Positions 51,913 through 63,188 of a stretch of DNA of 63,207 nt are shown piece by piece. The position numbers and the translations under genes are program-made. Position 1 is the first letter of the stretch; each line of letters begins with the position of its first letter. The notes beneath the pieces are model-generated. The model saw only the letters and a list, made by a program, of their open reading frames with translations, did no database searches and had not been told where the DNA came from. Origin of the DNA: Candidatus Sysuimicrobiota bacterium (GTDB lineage Bacteria > Sysuimicrobiota > Sysuimicrobiia > Sysuimicrobiales > Sysuimicrobiaceae); NCBI GenBank assembly GCA_040289515.1, contig PSLI01000008.1, forward strand, positions 1-63,207. Direction: 5' to 3'.

Positions 51913-51959
51913 GTCGGGACCATTCTACCCCGTTTAGTATCGTGAAGGGTACGAGCCGA

Positions 51960-52049
51960 TGGCGGAGGGGGTGGGACTCGAACCCACACGGCCCGTGAAG
52001 GCCACCGGTTTTCGAGACCGGCCCCTTAGCCAGTTCGGTGCACCCCTCC
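51960..52049 (-). tRNA. tRNA-Ser(CGA)
   Basis: GGAGGGG acceptor, CCGGT-CTCGAAA-ACCGG anticodon arm, variable arm, GGTTCGAGTCC, CCA. TACAAT -10 at 52060-52065. Confidence 0.96.
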
Positions 52050-52099
52050 GGCCGCCACCATTGTAGCGCGCCGGGCTACACTGACGGCGGAGGCACACG

Positions 52100-52390
52100 G
52101 TGGACCGGAAGGAGCTGCTGCGACAGAACCGGAGGAGGGTGGTGCCTTTGCGGGCAGCCCGGCCGCGGGGAGCGCGAAGACGGCCCCGCCGGCAGGACGA
52201 GCGCCTGGCACTGCGGTGGGTGGGGTATCGGCAGGCGCAGAGGGCATTCTCCACCTGGATTCGCGCAGCTACCGACTCCTGTCCGGGGCAGCTCTTGAGC
52301 GCCGGGCGTCTGGAGGAGGCCCGGTGCCGGCTGGAGGCGCTCGCAGAAGCAAAGGCCCTCCGTCGCCAAGCCGGACTGCTGGCCCTTTAA
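52100..52390 (+). CDS. Basic hypothetical protein
   Basis: TACACT -10 at 52077-52082, SD GGAGG, GTG start. Confidence 0.6.
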   Translation: MDRKELLRQNRRRVVPLRAARPRGARRRPRRQDERLALRWVGYRQAQRAFSTWIRAATDSCPGQLLSAGRLEEARCRLEALAEAKALRRQAGLLAL

Positions 52391-52851
52391 CAGCCGGCCT
52401 GGGCGTCCCGCCGCTCGCGGAAGAAGCGTACGAGCAGGGCCTGCGCCTCTTTCTCCAGAACGCCCTCCACCACCTCGAGTCGGTGGTTCAGGCGCGGGTC
52501 GTCCGCAATCCGGTACAGGGTCCGCACCGCTCCGCTCTTGGCGCTCCTGGCCCCGTACACGAGGCGACGAACCCGCGACAGCACCAGGGCGCCCGCGCAC
52601 ATGGGGCAAGGCTCCACGGTCACGTAGACCGTGCAGCCTTCCAGCCGCCAGCTGCCCAAGACCCGCGCGGCTTCCCGCAGGGCCAGGATCTCCGCATGCG
52701 CGGTGGGGTCCTGGAGGGATTCCCGCCGGTCGTGTGCGCGTGCCACCAGGCGGTCGTGGTACACGACCACGCAGCCCACAGGGACCTCTCGGTAGCCGGC
52801 ACCGCGCTCGGCCTCCCGCAGGGCCTCCCGCATCCAGGTTTCGTGGTTCAC
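52387..52851 (-). CDS. tadA: tRNA adenosine(34) deaminase
   Basis: EVPVG, DPTAHAE, TVEPCPMC, FF...R. Confidence 0.95.
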   Translation of the reverse strand: MNHETWMREALREAERGAGYREVPVGCVVVYHDRLVARAHDRRESLQDPTAHAEILALREAARVLGSWRLEGCTVYVTVEPCPMCAGALVLSRVRRLVYGARSAKSGAVRTLYRIADDPRLNHRLEVVEGVLEKEAQALLVRFFRERRDAQAGC

Positions 52852-53594
52852 CCTGCAGCCTCGGCCAGCTGTCTGGCAGTCCACAATACAGCTTCCAGCA
52901 TCCGGGCGGTGAGCTTGCCGGTCTGCGTGTTCTGCCGGCTGGGGTGGTAGGTACACAGCACCGCCGGGGCGGGACGTGGCCCCACCTGCCCGTGGAAGCG
53001 GTACACGAACCCGTGGGCGAACCGGGGTCGAGGCCGCGTAAGCGGCACGCCCAGATGGGCAAGTAGCCGCAGCACGGAAGCGAACGCCACCGCGCCCAGG
53101 GCCACCACCACGCGCACGCGGGGAAGTGCCTCGAACTCCCGTACGAGGAAGGGGAAGCAACACTGCAGCTCCTCAGCTGTAGGCCTGTTCTCGGGCGGCG
53201 CGCACCGCACCGCGGCGGTCACGTATGCGTCCACGAGGCGCAGCCCGTCGTGGCGGTGAATGCTGGTGGGTTGGTTGGCGAGGCCGACGCGGTGCAGCGC
53301 GCGCACGAGCCACGCGGAGGCCCCGTCCGGCAGGTCCCCGGTGAACATACGGCCGGTGCGGTTGGCACCGTGCGCGGCGGGTGCGAGGCCCACCAGGAGC
53401 ACCCGTGCCTGTGGGTCCCCGAATCCGGGTACGGGCCTGCCCCAGTACTCCCAGTCCTTGAACTGCGGCTTCTTCTCCCCCGCCACCCGCTCCCGGTAGG
53501 CCACCAGGCGCGGGCAGCGACGGCAGGCCACCACCTCGGCCTCCAGCCGCGCCAGCGCTTCGCGCGCGGACTGCCCGCAGGGGAGCGGCTCCAC
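52848..53594 (-). CDS. udgB: Uracil-DNA glycosylase family 5 (Fe-S)
   Basis: CRRCPRL, GLAPAAHGANRTGRMFTGD, RCAPP.N.P, YHPSRQNT. Confidence 0.9.
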   Translation of the reverse strand: MEPLPCGQSAREALARLEAEVVACRRCPRLVAYRERVAGEKKPQFKDWEYWGRPVPGFGDPQARVLLVGLAPAAHGANRTGRMFTGDLPDGASAWLVRALHRVGLANQPTSIHRHDGLRLVDAYVTAAVRCAPPENRPTAEELQCCFPFLVREFEALPRVRVVVALGAVAFASVLRLLAHLGVPLTRPRPRFAHGFVYRFHGQVGPRPAPAVLCTYHPSRQNTQTGKLTARMLEAVLWTARQLAEAAG

Positions 53595-53687
53595 GCGGCG
53601 AGCATACCGCGCCGCGGGGCCGACCCGTCAAGGCGGAGGAGGCAAGGCCGCAGGCGCCAAACTACTGGGTGGGGGTGTGAAGGAAGG

Positions 53688-55639
<1,952 letters not shown>

Positions 55640-55643
<4 letters not shown>

Positions 55644-56110
55644 CGAGGCTCGGCATCCGTGGCCAGGACGCGGGTGGCCTCCGCTAGGGCATCGACTCCG
55701 CTCTCCAGAGCCGCGTAAGCGATGCGAAGGCGAAGCTGCAGGCCGGGGTATCACGGCGGGCGGTACCCGTCAGCGTCCGCGTGCAGCCGATCCATGATGG
55801 ACTGCACACGGTAGCGATCTCCGTCGTCCTGCAAGGCGGCCAGGGCACCCCGCCCCAAGTGCGCCAGCGCGTCGGTGCTTCGTACAGCGCGGCGCAGGGT
55901 CCCCGCCGCGTGCTGCACCATGCCCTCCGCGGCCTCCGGCCCATACGCCGCGCGTACCCGCGGCAGCTCCAGCACCCGGACTGCCAGTACCGTGCACCGT
56001 GCGCCCAACCGGCGGCTGCGGGCCCGGCGCTCCTCGTACAATCTGCGGAACTCGGCAGGCCCCAGCAGTCCCGTGAGGGGATCCACGTCCGTCTCCGATA
56101 GGTTGCGCAT
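55640..56110 (-). pseudogene. Degenerate GGDEF-domain protein with an in-frame TGA at 55753-55751
   Basis: DPLTGLL, YG.EAAE, RSTDALAHLG (no GGDEF motif). The frame continues 36 codons past the TGA; the upstream region is fragmented. Confidence 0.6.
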
Positions 56111-56437
56111 CCCCCGGTGAAGCACGGGGTAGTACCCTGCCCTCGTCGGGCCGTGCCCGGACGGGCTGGAGCTGTGGGCTCTGTCCGTCCGCTGGCTGCG
56201 GTTCTGGGGCGGATCGGGTTGTTGGGCCTGGCGGAGGCCCACAGGCCCTCCGCGAGCACCATCGCCGCGGCGCCCCACAGCACGGCACCGTGGTGGACAC
56301 GTTACGAAGAGGGTCCACCACGCACCAACATCTTCGGCACTCCGAAGGTCGGCCGTGGCCCCTCGCACCGTTGCTTCGTTCCTGTGTGTGTTCCCGCAAA
56401 CCGCTACAATAGACTGCGAACGCTTGTTGAGGCCGCG

Positions 56438-58795
56438 ATGAATCAGGGCGCTTTGTGGACGGGACGGAGGCTGCGCCGTGTGGAAGACCCCAGACTCCTG
56501 CGCGGACGCGGCGTTTTCTTGGACGACCTGACGGCAGAGGGCACCCTGCATGTGGCCGTGGTCCGCAGCCCACACGCGCACGCCCGGATCACGGCGGTGG
56601 ATGCGAGTCGCGCGGTGCAGGCCCCCGGGGTGGTAGCGGTGCTAACCGGGGAAGATGTGGACCTGCCCGGGGTACCCGCGGAGGGCCTGCGGGGTGCCCG
56701 GCTGGCGCTGCACCCTGTGCTGGCGCGCGGCGTGGTGCGTTATGTGGGGGAACCCGTGGCAGCGGTGGTGGCCAGTGACCGCGGGCGGGCGGAGGACGCG
56801 GCGGCCCTGGTGCGGGTGAGCTACGAGCTGCAGGAAGCCGTCACCAACCCCTTGCAGGCGTTGGGGGACCGGCTGCTCGTGCACGAGGCGCTGGGGACGA
56901 ACGTGGCATACCGTCGGCAGGTGCGCGCGGGGGACCCCGAGGCTGCCTTCGCCCGGGCGCACCGCGTGATCCGGGCCACCATCCGCCAGCAGCGCGTGGC
57001 TGCGGTCCCCATGGAACCGCGTGGGGTCCTGGCTTCGTGGGACGCAACGGGGGGGACCCTTACCGTGTGGTCCTCCACCCAGGCGCCCCACGACCTCCGG
57101 GACGCCCTGGCGGAGGTGCTCGGCCTTCCCGTTAGCAGAATCCGGGTGGTGGCGCTGGATGTGGGCGGCGGGTTCGGCGCAAAGCTGAACACGTATCCCG
57201 AGGACGTGCTGGTGGCGTACTTGAGCCGGCGGCTGGGCCGGCCCGTGAAGTGGGTGGAGGGCCGACGGGAGAGCCTGCTGGCCACCGCGCAGGGACGGTC
57301 CCAGGTGGGAGAGTTCGAGGTAGCGTGCGACGCCCGGGGGATCGTCCTGGGGCTGCGGGCGCGCCTAGTGGCGGACATCGGGGCGTACACCCTCTCCACC
57401 ACGGTGGACATACCGGTCCTCACCGTGCGGGTTCTAACGGGGCCGTACGCCATCGAGCACGTGCAGGCGGAGGTGGTGGAGGTCTACACCCACAGGACAC
57501 CCACGGGCGCGTACCGTGGGGCGGGCCGGCCCGAGGCCACGTTTTCCCTGGAACGCCTCATGGACCTGGTGGCCGCGGAACTGGGTCTGGACCCGGTGGC
57601 CGTCCGGCGCCGCAACCTGCTCCGCAAGAGTGCATTCCCGTACCGGACGCCCACGGGCGCCCGCTACGACTCCGGGGACTACCACAGGGCCTTGCGGGTT
57701 CTGTTGGAGCGAGCGGACTACGCAGGGCTGCGCCGGGAGCAGCGGCGAGAGCGCGCGCGGGGCCGGCTGTTGGGGATCGGCCTGTCGTGCTACGTGGAGG
57801 TGTGTACCTTTGGATGGGAGACGGCGCGGGTGCGGGTGGCACCGGACGGCAGCGCGGTGGTGTTCACGGGGACCTCGCCCCACGGGCAGGGAGGTGCCAC
57901 AGGTCTCGCGCAGATCGTGGCGGACCGCCTGGGGATCCCGCTCGAACACGTGCAGGTGGTGCACGGCGACACCCTGCTGGTCCCATCGGGAATGGGGACC
58001 TCGGGCAGCCGCACCCTGGTGGTGGGTGGCTCCGCGGCGCTGCGGGCCGCCGACAAGGTGCGGCGCAAGATGCTCCGGATCGCCTCTTACCTGTTGGAAG
58101 CCTCCCCGCGGGATCTGGAGCTAAGGGAAGGCCAGTTCAAGGTGCGCGGGGCCACCGACCGCGCGGTGACGGTAGCGGAGGTGGCGCAGGCAGCCTACCA
58201 GCCCCACCGCCTCCCGAAGGGGCTCAGCCCGGGGCTGGAGGAGGAGGGCAGCTTCGTGGTCGAGCAGGCCACGGCACCCTTCGGCGCTCACCTGTGCGTG
58301 GTGGAGGTAGACCCGGAGACCGGTCACGTGCGCGTGCTGCGGTACGTGAGCGTGGACGACTGCGGGGTGGTGATAAACCCGCTGCTGGTGGAGGGCCAGA
58401 TCCAGGGCGGGGTGGTGCAGGCCCTGGGTCAGGCGCTGTTGGAGGAGATGGTCTACGACAGCGGTGGACAGCCGCTGGCCAGCACGCTGGCGGAATACGC
58501 GGTGCCGCGGGCGGTGCACGCCCCCGCGGTGGAGATGCACCGCACCGTGACACCCTCTCCCACAAACCCGCTGGGGGCGAAGGGGGTGGGGGAAGCGGGG
58601 ACCATCGGTGCAACCCCCGCCTTCGTCAACGCTGTGGTGGATGCCCTGCGCCCCCTGGGGGTCCGGCACCTAGACACGCCCCTGTGGCCCGAGCGCGTGT
58701 GGCGTGCCGTGCAGCAGGCAAAGGGGGGCGGGCCGCTAACGCATGTTGCCCGTGTGACCCAAGGACAGCCGTCCGGGCTGGGGCCAGACCGTTAG
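56438..58795 (+). CDS. Xanthine dehydrogenase family Mo-binding subunit (form II CoxL-like)
   Basis: RRVEDPRLL, MEPRG, DVGGGFGAK, AYRGAGRPE, PHGQG, GQIQGG, GAKGVGE. TACAAT at 56405-56410. Confidence 0.92.
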   Translation: MNQGALWTGRRLRRVEDPRLLRGRGVFLDDLTAEGTLHVAVVRSPHAHARITAVDASRAVQAPGVVAVLTGEDVDLPGVPAEGLRGARLALHPVLARGVVRYVGEPVAAVVASDRGRAEDAAALVRVSYELQEAVTNPLQALGDRLLVHEALGTNVAYRRQVRAGDPEAAFARAHRVIRATIRQQRVAAVPMEPRGVLASWDATGGTLTVWSSTQAPHDLRDALAEVLGLPVSRIRVVALDVGGGFGAKLNTYPEDVLVAYLSRRLGRPVKWVEGRRESLLATAQGRSQVGEFEVACDARGIVLGLRARLVADIGAYTLSTTVDIPVLTVRVLTGPYAIEHVQAEVVEVYTHRTPTGAYRGAGRPEATFSLERLMDLVAAELGLDPVAVRRRNLLRKSAFPYRTPTGARYDSGDYHRALRVLLERADYAGLRREQRRERARGRLLGIGLSCYVEVCTFGWETARVRVAPDGSAVVFTGTSPHGQGGATGLAQIVADRLGIPLEHVQVVHGDTLLVPSGMGTSGSRTLVVGGSAALRAADKVRRKMLRIASYLLEASPRDLELREGQFKVRGATDRAVTVAEVAQAAYQPHRLPKGLSPGLEEEGSFVVEQATAPFGAHLCVVEVDPETGHVRVLRYVSVDDCGVVINPLLVEGQIQGGVVQALGQALLEEMVYDSGGQPLASTLAEYAVPRAVHAPAVEMHRTVTPSPTNPLGAKGVGEAGTIGATPAFVNAVVDALRPLGVRHLDTPLWPERVWRAVQQAKGGGPLTHVARVTQGQPSGLGPDR

Positions 58796-59863
58796 GCCGT
58801 GGGGACCGCGGCCGACGGGGATGCGGGCCGCGAGGGCTCCGGTGGAGACGTTAAAGGCGTACACTTCGTCGTCGTACCGTCCGCCCAGCCACAACTCCCC
58901 GCCGTCCGGGGTGAAGTTGCCCATGTCCGGACTGCCCCCGCCCGGGACCGCCCAGCGCGCCCGCACCTTCAACGTGGCGCCGTCCAGGACGGTGACGCTG
59001 CCAGGGCCGCGGCGGCCCCCTGCGACCGTGTGCCAGCCGCGGTTTACCACGTACACGGCGGAGCCGTCGGGGGCCGGGTAGACCCCGTGGGCGCCGGTAC
59101 CGGTGACCACGAAGGCTGTCCGGCGCAGGGCCTCGCCGTCCACCACGTGCACGCCGTCGCGCAACATGTCCGCAACCAGGAAGTGCCGGCCGTTCGGCGC
59201 TAGCCGGACGTCCTGCGGCATGGCACCCAGCTGCAACACGCCCACCACGCGACGGGACGCGGTGTCCACCTTCAGGAGGCGGCCGTCGAACTCGCAGCTG
59301 ACGAGGAAGTACGTGCCGTCCGCGGAGAAGTCCAGGTGGTTGGGGCCCCGACAGGGCACCGGGAGGCTATCTACCTTTCGCCACGTGCGGGGGTCCCGGA
59401 AGTCCAGGCGCCGCAACCGCTCAGCCACCACTAGGCCGAACCGCCCGTCGGGCGTGAAGTACAGGTTGTACGGGTCCTCCACGGGCACGGGGCGACCGGG
59501 CCGTCCGGTGTTGGGATCGATGGGGGTGAGGCTGTCCCCCGCGTTGTTGTTGACCCACAAAGTCCTGAGATCGTGGGAGGGTACCACGTGCTGCGGCGTG
59601 CGCCCCACAGGGAAGGTAACGAGTACCCGGCGGGTGCGCACGTCGATCACCGTCACCGTGTCCGATAGGCTGTTGGGGACGTAGGCCCTCCACGGCAGGC
59701 GGGACAGGTGGGGTTGCAAGGCGGGCGCGCGCCTTTCGGGGCCCTGTGGGAGAGAGGAGGGTGTTTGCGGCGTTGCCACAGGCTGCGGGGAGGGCGGTGA
59801 GCAGGAAGACAACCACAGCGCCACGGTAGCCAACCACGCGGGCCAGCGCGTGCCGGCCGTCAC
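58736..59863 (-). CDS. YVTN/YncE-type beta-propeller lipoprotein
   Basis: Lipobox-like LSSC, Pro-rich linker, repeated YVPN...VTVID / PVGR.P blades. Confidence 0.85.
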   Translation of the reverse strand: MTAGTRWPAWLATVALWLSSCSPPSPQPVATPQTPSSLPQGPERRAPALQPHLSRLPWRAYVPNSLSDTVTVIDVRTRRVLVTFPVGRTPQHVVPSHDLRTLWVNNNAGDSLTPIDPNTGRPGRPVPVEDPYNLYFTPDGRFGLVVAERLRRLDFRDPRTWRKVDSLPVPCRGPNHLDFSADGTYFLVSCEFDGRLLKVDTASRRVVGVLQLGAMPQDVRLAPNGRHFLVADMLRDGVHVVDGEALRRTAFVVTGTGAHGVYPAPDGSAVYVVNRGWHTVAGGRRGPGSVTVLDGATLKVRARWAVPGGGSPDMGNFTPDGGELWLGGRYDDEVYAFNVSTGALAARIPVGRGPHGLTVWPQPGRLSLGHTGNMR

Positions 59864-60897
59864 AGGTCGCTCAGGCGCAGGCTGTGGCCCAGCCATCGGA
59901 GCAGGGCCTCCAGCACCGTGGGCGCAGGCTGCACGCCGGTCCGGTCTGCAACCTCCAACAGCGCCTCCGGGCCGAGCTCTCCGATCAGGGTAAAGGACCA
60001 GCCTGCGTACGTCCAGTACAGCACCTGGCGCAGGCCCGCGGACTGGACCCACACGGGTCCACCGGTACGGTGAACCGGACGGCTGCCGGCGGGGGGCTGC
60101 GGGGACACTGCCGGGCGTATGGACACCAGCAGGGTCGCCAGACCGTCGGAATACGCACGCCGGACCACCGAACCCTCCAGGAGGTACGGGGTCATGGGGT
60201 AGAAACCCGCAGGCAGCCACACCTCAGGGGGCTGGCGACCCCATCGCGCGGCCACCTCGTCCAGCGTCACGCTGCGCACGGGCGGTTCGCGCTGCAGCTG
60301 TAGGTCTGCGGGTGGGCGCGAAGGGCGCATCCAGCCCACGGGACGCACCGCGAAGCGGACGAAGGTCGCCAGCTCCCGGCTCCGTCCGTCCGGGGAGATC
60401 CGCTCCGAGCGCAGGACCACCCCGGTTTCGGTGTCCACGCGCAGGTCGGCCCGGGGCCGTCCCGGATGCCTGGGCGTGAGGTGCAGGCGGAGGGCAGGTC
60501 TCCCCAGGAGCTGGGTGGGAGAAGCGGTGAGAAAGTAGTTGCGCTGTAGCCAGGTGACCTGGGTTCGCCTCGACACCCGGCCGTGGGAGAAGCGGTACAC
60601 GCGGCCTTGGCGGGTACGGGCGTCGTACTGGAGGACGTGGTGGGGAGTGTGCCACACCACCTGGCGGTGCGCGCCCGCCGCGGATCGGATCACCAGCCGG
60701 GTTCCGACTGCAGGGTCATGCTGGACGTGCACCCAAAAAGCTTGAGGGAGTTTCTCCTCCCACGTGGTCACCAGCTGCTCTCCGGAATACGCCACCTGCT
60801 GGTCGGCGAAGGACACACGGTCCAGCACCTCGGGCGCAGCCGCGGGAGCGTTGCCCCCCAGGGCCAGCGACAGCGCCCACACGGCAAGCGGCGTCAC
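59860..60897 (-). CDS. MucB/RseB-like extracytoplasmic regulator
   Basis: Signal peptide, YSGEQ, LLGRPA..L.L.P, VDTETGVVLRSE, LPAGF, YSDGL, LIGEL. Confidence 0.75.
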   Translation of the reverse strand: MTPLAVWALSLALGGNAPAAAPEVLDRVSFADQQVAYSGEQLVTTWEEKLPQAFWVHVQHDPAVGTRLVIRSAAGAHRQVVWHTPHHVLQYDARTRQGRVYRFSHGRVSRRTQVTWLQRNYFLTASPTQLLGRPALRLHLTPRHPGRPRADLRVDTETGVVLRSERISPDGRSRELATFVRFAVRPVGWMRPSRPPADLQLQREPPVRSVTLDEVAARWGRQPPEVWLPAGFYPMTPYLLEGSVVRRAYSDGLATLLVSIRPAVSPQPPAGSRPVHRTGGPVWVQSAGLRQVLYWTYAGWSFTLIGELGPEALLEVADRTGVQPAPTVLEALLRWLGHSLRLSDL

Positions 60898-61328
60898 CGT
60901 CCCGCCTCCTCCTCTTCTACCTGGGCGGTGGAAACAAAGGACGCGGTCCCAAGCTCCACCAGGGGTACGCGGGCGGCCAGGCGGCCGTAAGCCCGGAGCT
61001 CGTCCAGCGGCGGAGCCGCGGCGGGCACGAAGGGCACCCGGGCCAGCAGCACCGCGGCCAAGGTGAAGCCCGCGGCGATGAGCGTCCACGGAACCGGCCC
61101 CGGAGGCCGCGGGGTGGCAGTACCGACGGACCGCAGAAGGCGCGGCAGCAGCTCGGGGGGCGGATCTGGGACGGTTGCGGCTCGCACGAGCTGGCGGACC
61201 GCGCGCAGGTCGGTGACCGTCTCCCGGCACGCGGCGCACTCGGCCAGGTGCGCCGCCACTTCCGCGGCCTCGCCCTTGGACAGGGTTCCGTCCACATAGG
61301 CCGACAGCCTGTCGGAAGGATGCGTCAT
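60894..61328 (-). CDS. Zinc-binding anti-sigma factor (ZAS)
   Basis: LSAYVDG...HLAECAAC (Hx3Cx2C), one TM helix. Confidence 0.9.
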   Translation of the reverse strand: MTHPSDRLSAYVDGTLSKGEAAEVAAHLAECAACRETVTDLRAVRQLVRAATVPDPPPELLPRLLRSVGTATPRPPGPVPWTLIAAGFTLAAVLLARVPFVPAAAPPLDELRAYGRLAARVPLVELGTASFVSTAQVEEEEAGR

Positions 61329-61906
61329 CTCAGCTCCCCCCGCTTCACCGCGTCCACGTAGTCCCGCAGCCACTCGCGGAGCGCCATCCGGGCCCGATGC
61401 AACCGGGACCGGACGGTCCCCACGGGGCACCGGAGAAGCTGCGCCGCTTCCTGGTAGGAGAATCCTTCCAAATCCACCAGCACCACCGCGGCACGGTACT
61501 CAGCGGGCAGCGCATCCAGGGCCCTCTGGACGGGGCCGTCCAGCCTTTGCCCCACGGCCACCTCGGGGTCCGAATCGGCCCCCGCCAGCAGGGACGGGGC
61601 CAAGTCCTCCAGGGCGAAGTAGGACCGCCTGCGGTCCTGGCGGATGCGGTCCACGAAGGAGTTGTACAGGATCCGCAGCCACCAGCGGTCGAACCGGCTG
61701 CCCCGCCGGAAGCGGTAAAACGCCCGGAACGCCTCTTCTGCGGACTGCTGCACCAGGTCCGCAGCGTCCTCCGGGTTGCCGGTCAGCCGGTAGGCGAAGC
61801 GGTAGGCGGACCGCCAGTGGGCCTCCACCAACCGTGCGAACTCCGACCGCGGGTCGTCGGCAGCCCCGCAGGCAGCGGAACCCAGGGCGTCCGCCTCCAG
61901 CTCCAC
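61325..61906 (-). CDS. ECF sigma factor
   Basis: DAADLVQ, F..W..RI..N, L..LP..YR..VVLVDLEGFSYQE, GTVRSRLHRAR. Confidence 0.95.
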   Translation of the reverse strand: MELEADALGSAACGAADDPRSEFARLVEAHWRSAYRFAYRLTGNPEDAADLVQQSAEEAFRAFYRFRRGSRFDRWWLRILYNSFVDRIRQDRRRSYFALEDLAPSLLAGADSDPEVAVGQRLDGPVQRALDALPAEYRAAVVLVDLEGFSYQEAAQLLRCPVGTVRSRLHRARMALREWLRDYVDAVKRGELR

Positions 61907-61916
61907 CCTGCTCCTG

Positions 61917-62282
61917 CTACTTCTGCAGCAATGTGACCGTGGTGGCAGTGTAGCGCGCCTGCCGCCCAGAGCCTGTGGACGTGCCCACGACCCGCACGAG
62001 GGCTCCCTTCTTCAGGTCCGAAGCGGAAGCCCGCTTGCCGGCCTGCAGGAAGCGGGTGGATGCGGACTCCTGGATGCGGAGCTTGGCCCCCTTGGCGAGC
62101 CGGCCCCGGTAGACCCTCTGAACGGACAGTTCGAACCAGCCATGGGCTACCTGCTCCACCGTACCCTGCACGTCGAAAGACGGCGCGGCGCTGGACCGCG
62201 GTTTGGCCGGCGTAGAGGCCACGGCCGGAACGGTGGCGGCGAGAAATAAGGGGACCAGCCCTAGGGCGAACCAGCTGCGCAT
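61917..62282 (-). CDS. Secreted basic OB-fold-like protein (DUF5666-like)
   Basis: Signal peptide; TRF...DLKKG..VRVVG...YTATTV; SD GGAGGAGG. Confidence 0.7.
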   Translation of the reverse strand: MRSWFALGLVPLFLAATVPAVASTPAKPRSSAAPSFDVQGTVEQVAHGWFELSVQRVYRGRLAKGAKLRIQESASTRFLQAGKRASASDLKKGALVRVVGTSTGSGRQARYTATTVTLLQK

Positions 62283-62323
62283 TCAGACCACCTCCTCCAT
62301 CATCAAGCGTTCATCATGCATGC

Positions 62324-62347
62324 GATGGAAAGCCGCGCCGGAGTTCC
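62324..62347 (-). promoter_or_regulatory. Candidate ECF-dependent promoter GGAAC-N15-CATC
   Basis: AAC-containing -35 with typical spacing, upstream of the ECF operon. Confidence 0.4.
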
Positions 62348-62360
62348 CACGAGGGACGTT

Positions 62361-63188
62361 CTACTGGGTTTTTCGCTCGAGCAACCCGCTCACCGTGGTC
62401 ACCTGGTAGCCCAGGCGGTGCAGGGTTCGGTCCAGCTCCGGCAACAGGCGCAGGGTGCCGGGCGTGCCTTGGTGCAGCAGGAGGATCCCGCCCGCGTACA
62501 GTCTGGACAGCAGGCGCGGAAGGAGCTTCTGAGGGTCCAGGGGCCCGTAGTCGCCGGGGGCGTCGGTCCACAGCACGGTCACCAGGCCCCGCTGAGCCGC
62601 CGCGCGCAGGACCGCTGGGCTGTAGCGTCCGCCGGGAGGGCGGAACAGAGCTGGGCGCATCCCTGCGTGCAGCTGCAAAACACGCTGGGCCTGATCAAGC
62701 TCCCCGGCCAGCTGCGACGGCGAAAGGCGGGCCAGAGGCACGTGGCTGTACCCGTGGCTGGCCAGTTCGTGGCCCCGGTCGCGGATGGCGCGGGCGAAGT
62801 ACGGGTACTGTTCGACGCGGTGGCCAACCAGGAAAAAGGTCGCGTGCAGGCCCAGACGGTCCAGGGTGTCGAGCAAAAGGGGTGTGTACAGCGGCTCCGG
62901 CCCGTCGTCGAAGGTCAATGCAACCGCCCGTCGTCCGGGCCGGCCACGGTAAACGACCCCGTCCACCACCCCACCCCGCGTCATGCCCGCGAGCCGGCGT
63001 GGGAGCTCCGAGACCCCCTCGACCAGGCGGGTGGCGATCCCCGCAAGACGGTGCGCCAGGTCCGCTCGCGGATCGCTCCCCAGAACCAGGAGGGGCGGGC
63101 GGCCGCGGGGAAAGTCGGGGGCGACCCACACCCGTGCCAGCCGGCGCACGAGGTCCGCGGAAGGCGCACCGGGGGCGGCCCCTTCCAC
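62361..63188 (-). CDS. Polysaccharide deacetylase (NodB/CE4); may extend beyond the window
   Basis: LTFDDGP, ATFF, HGYSH, FRPPGG, ILLLH. Frame stays open to the window edge. Confidence 0.92.
   Translation of the reverse strand: MEGAAPGAPSADLVRRLARVWVAPDFPRGRPPLLVLGSDPRADLAHRLAGIATRLVEGVSELPRRLAGMTRGGVVDGVVYRGRPGRRAVALTFDDGPEPLYTPLLLDTLDRLGLHATFFLVGHRVEQYPYFARAIRDRGHELASHGYSHVPLARLSPSQLAGELDQAQRVLQLHAGMRPALFRPPGGRYSPAVLRAAAQRGLVTVLWTDAPGDYGPLDPQKLLPRLLSRLYAGGILLLHQGTPGTLRLLPELDRTLHRLGYQVTTVSGLLERKTQ

Noticed and set aside
52100..52125. GGACCGGAAGGAGCTGC resembling the SRP RNA domain IV next to tRNA-Ser/tadA
   Set aside because: Lacks the CAGG...AGCA internal loop, and is better explained as a coding start with SD and -10.
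55715..55753. Selenocysteine recoding of the in-frame TGA
   Set aside because: No convincing SECIS hairpin, and no Cys is expected at this position of a GGDEF fold.
62240..62249. CGAGAAATAA half-site of the new palindrome (also GAGAAATA near 53970)
   Set aside because: No matching left arm; not counted as sites.
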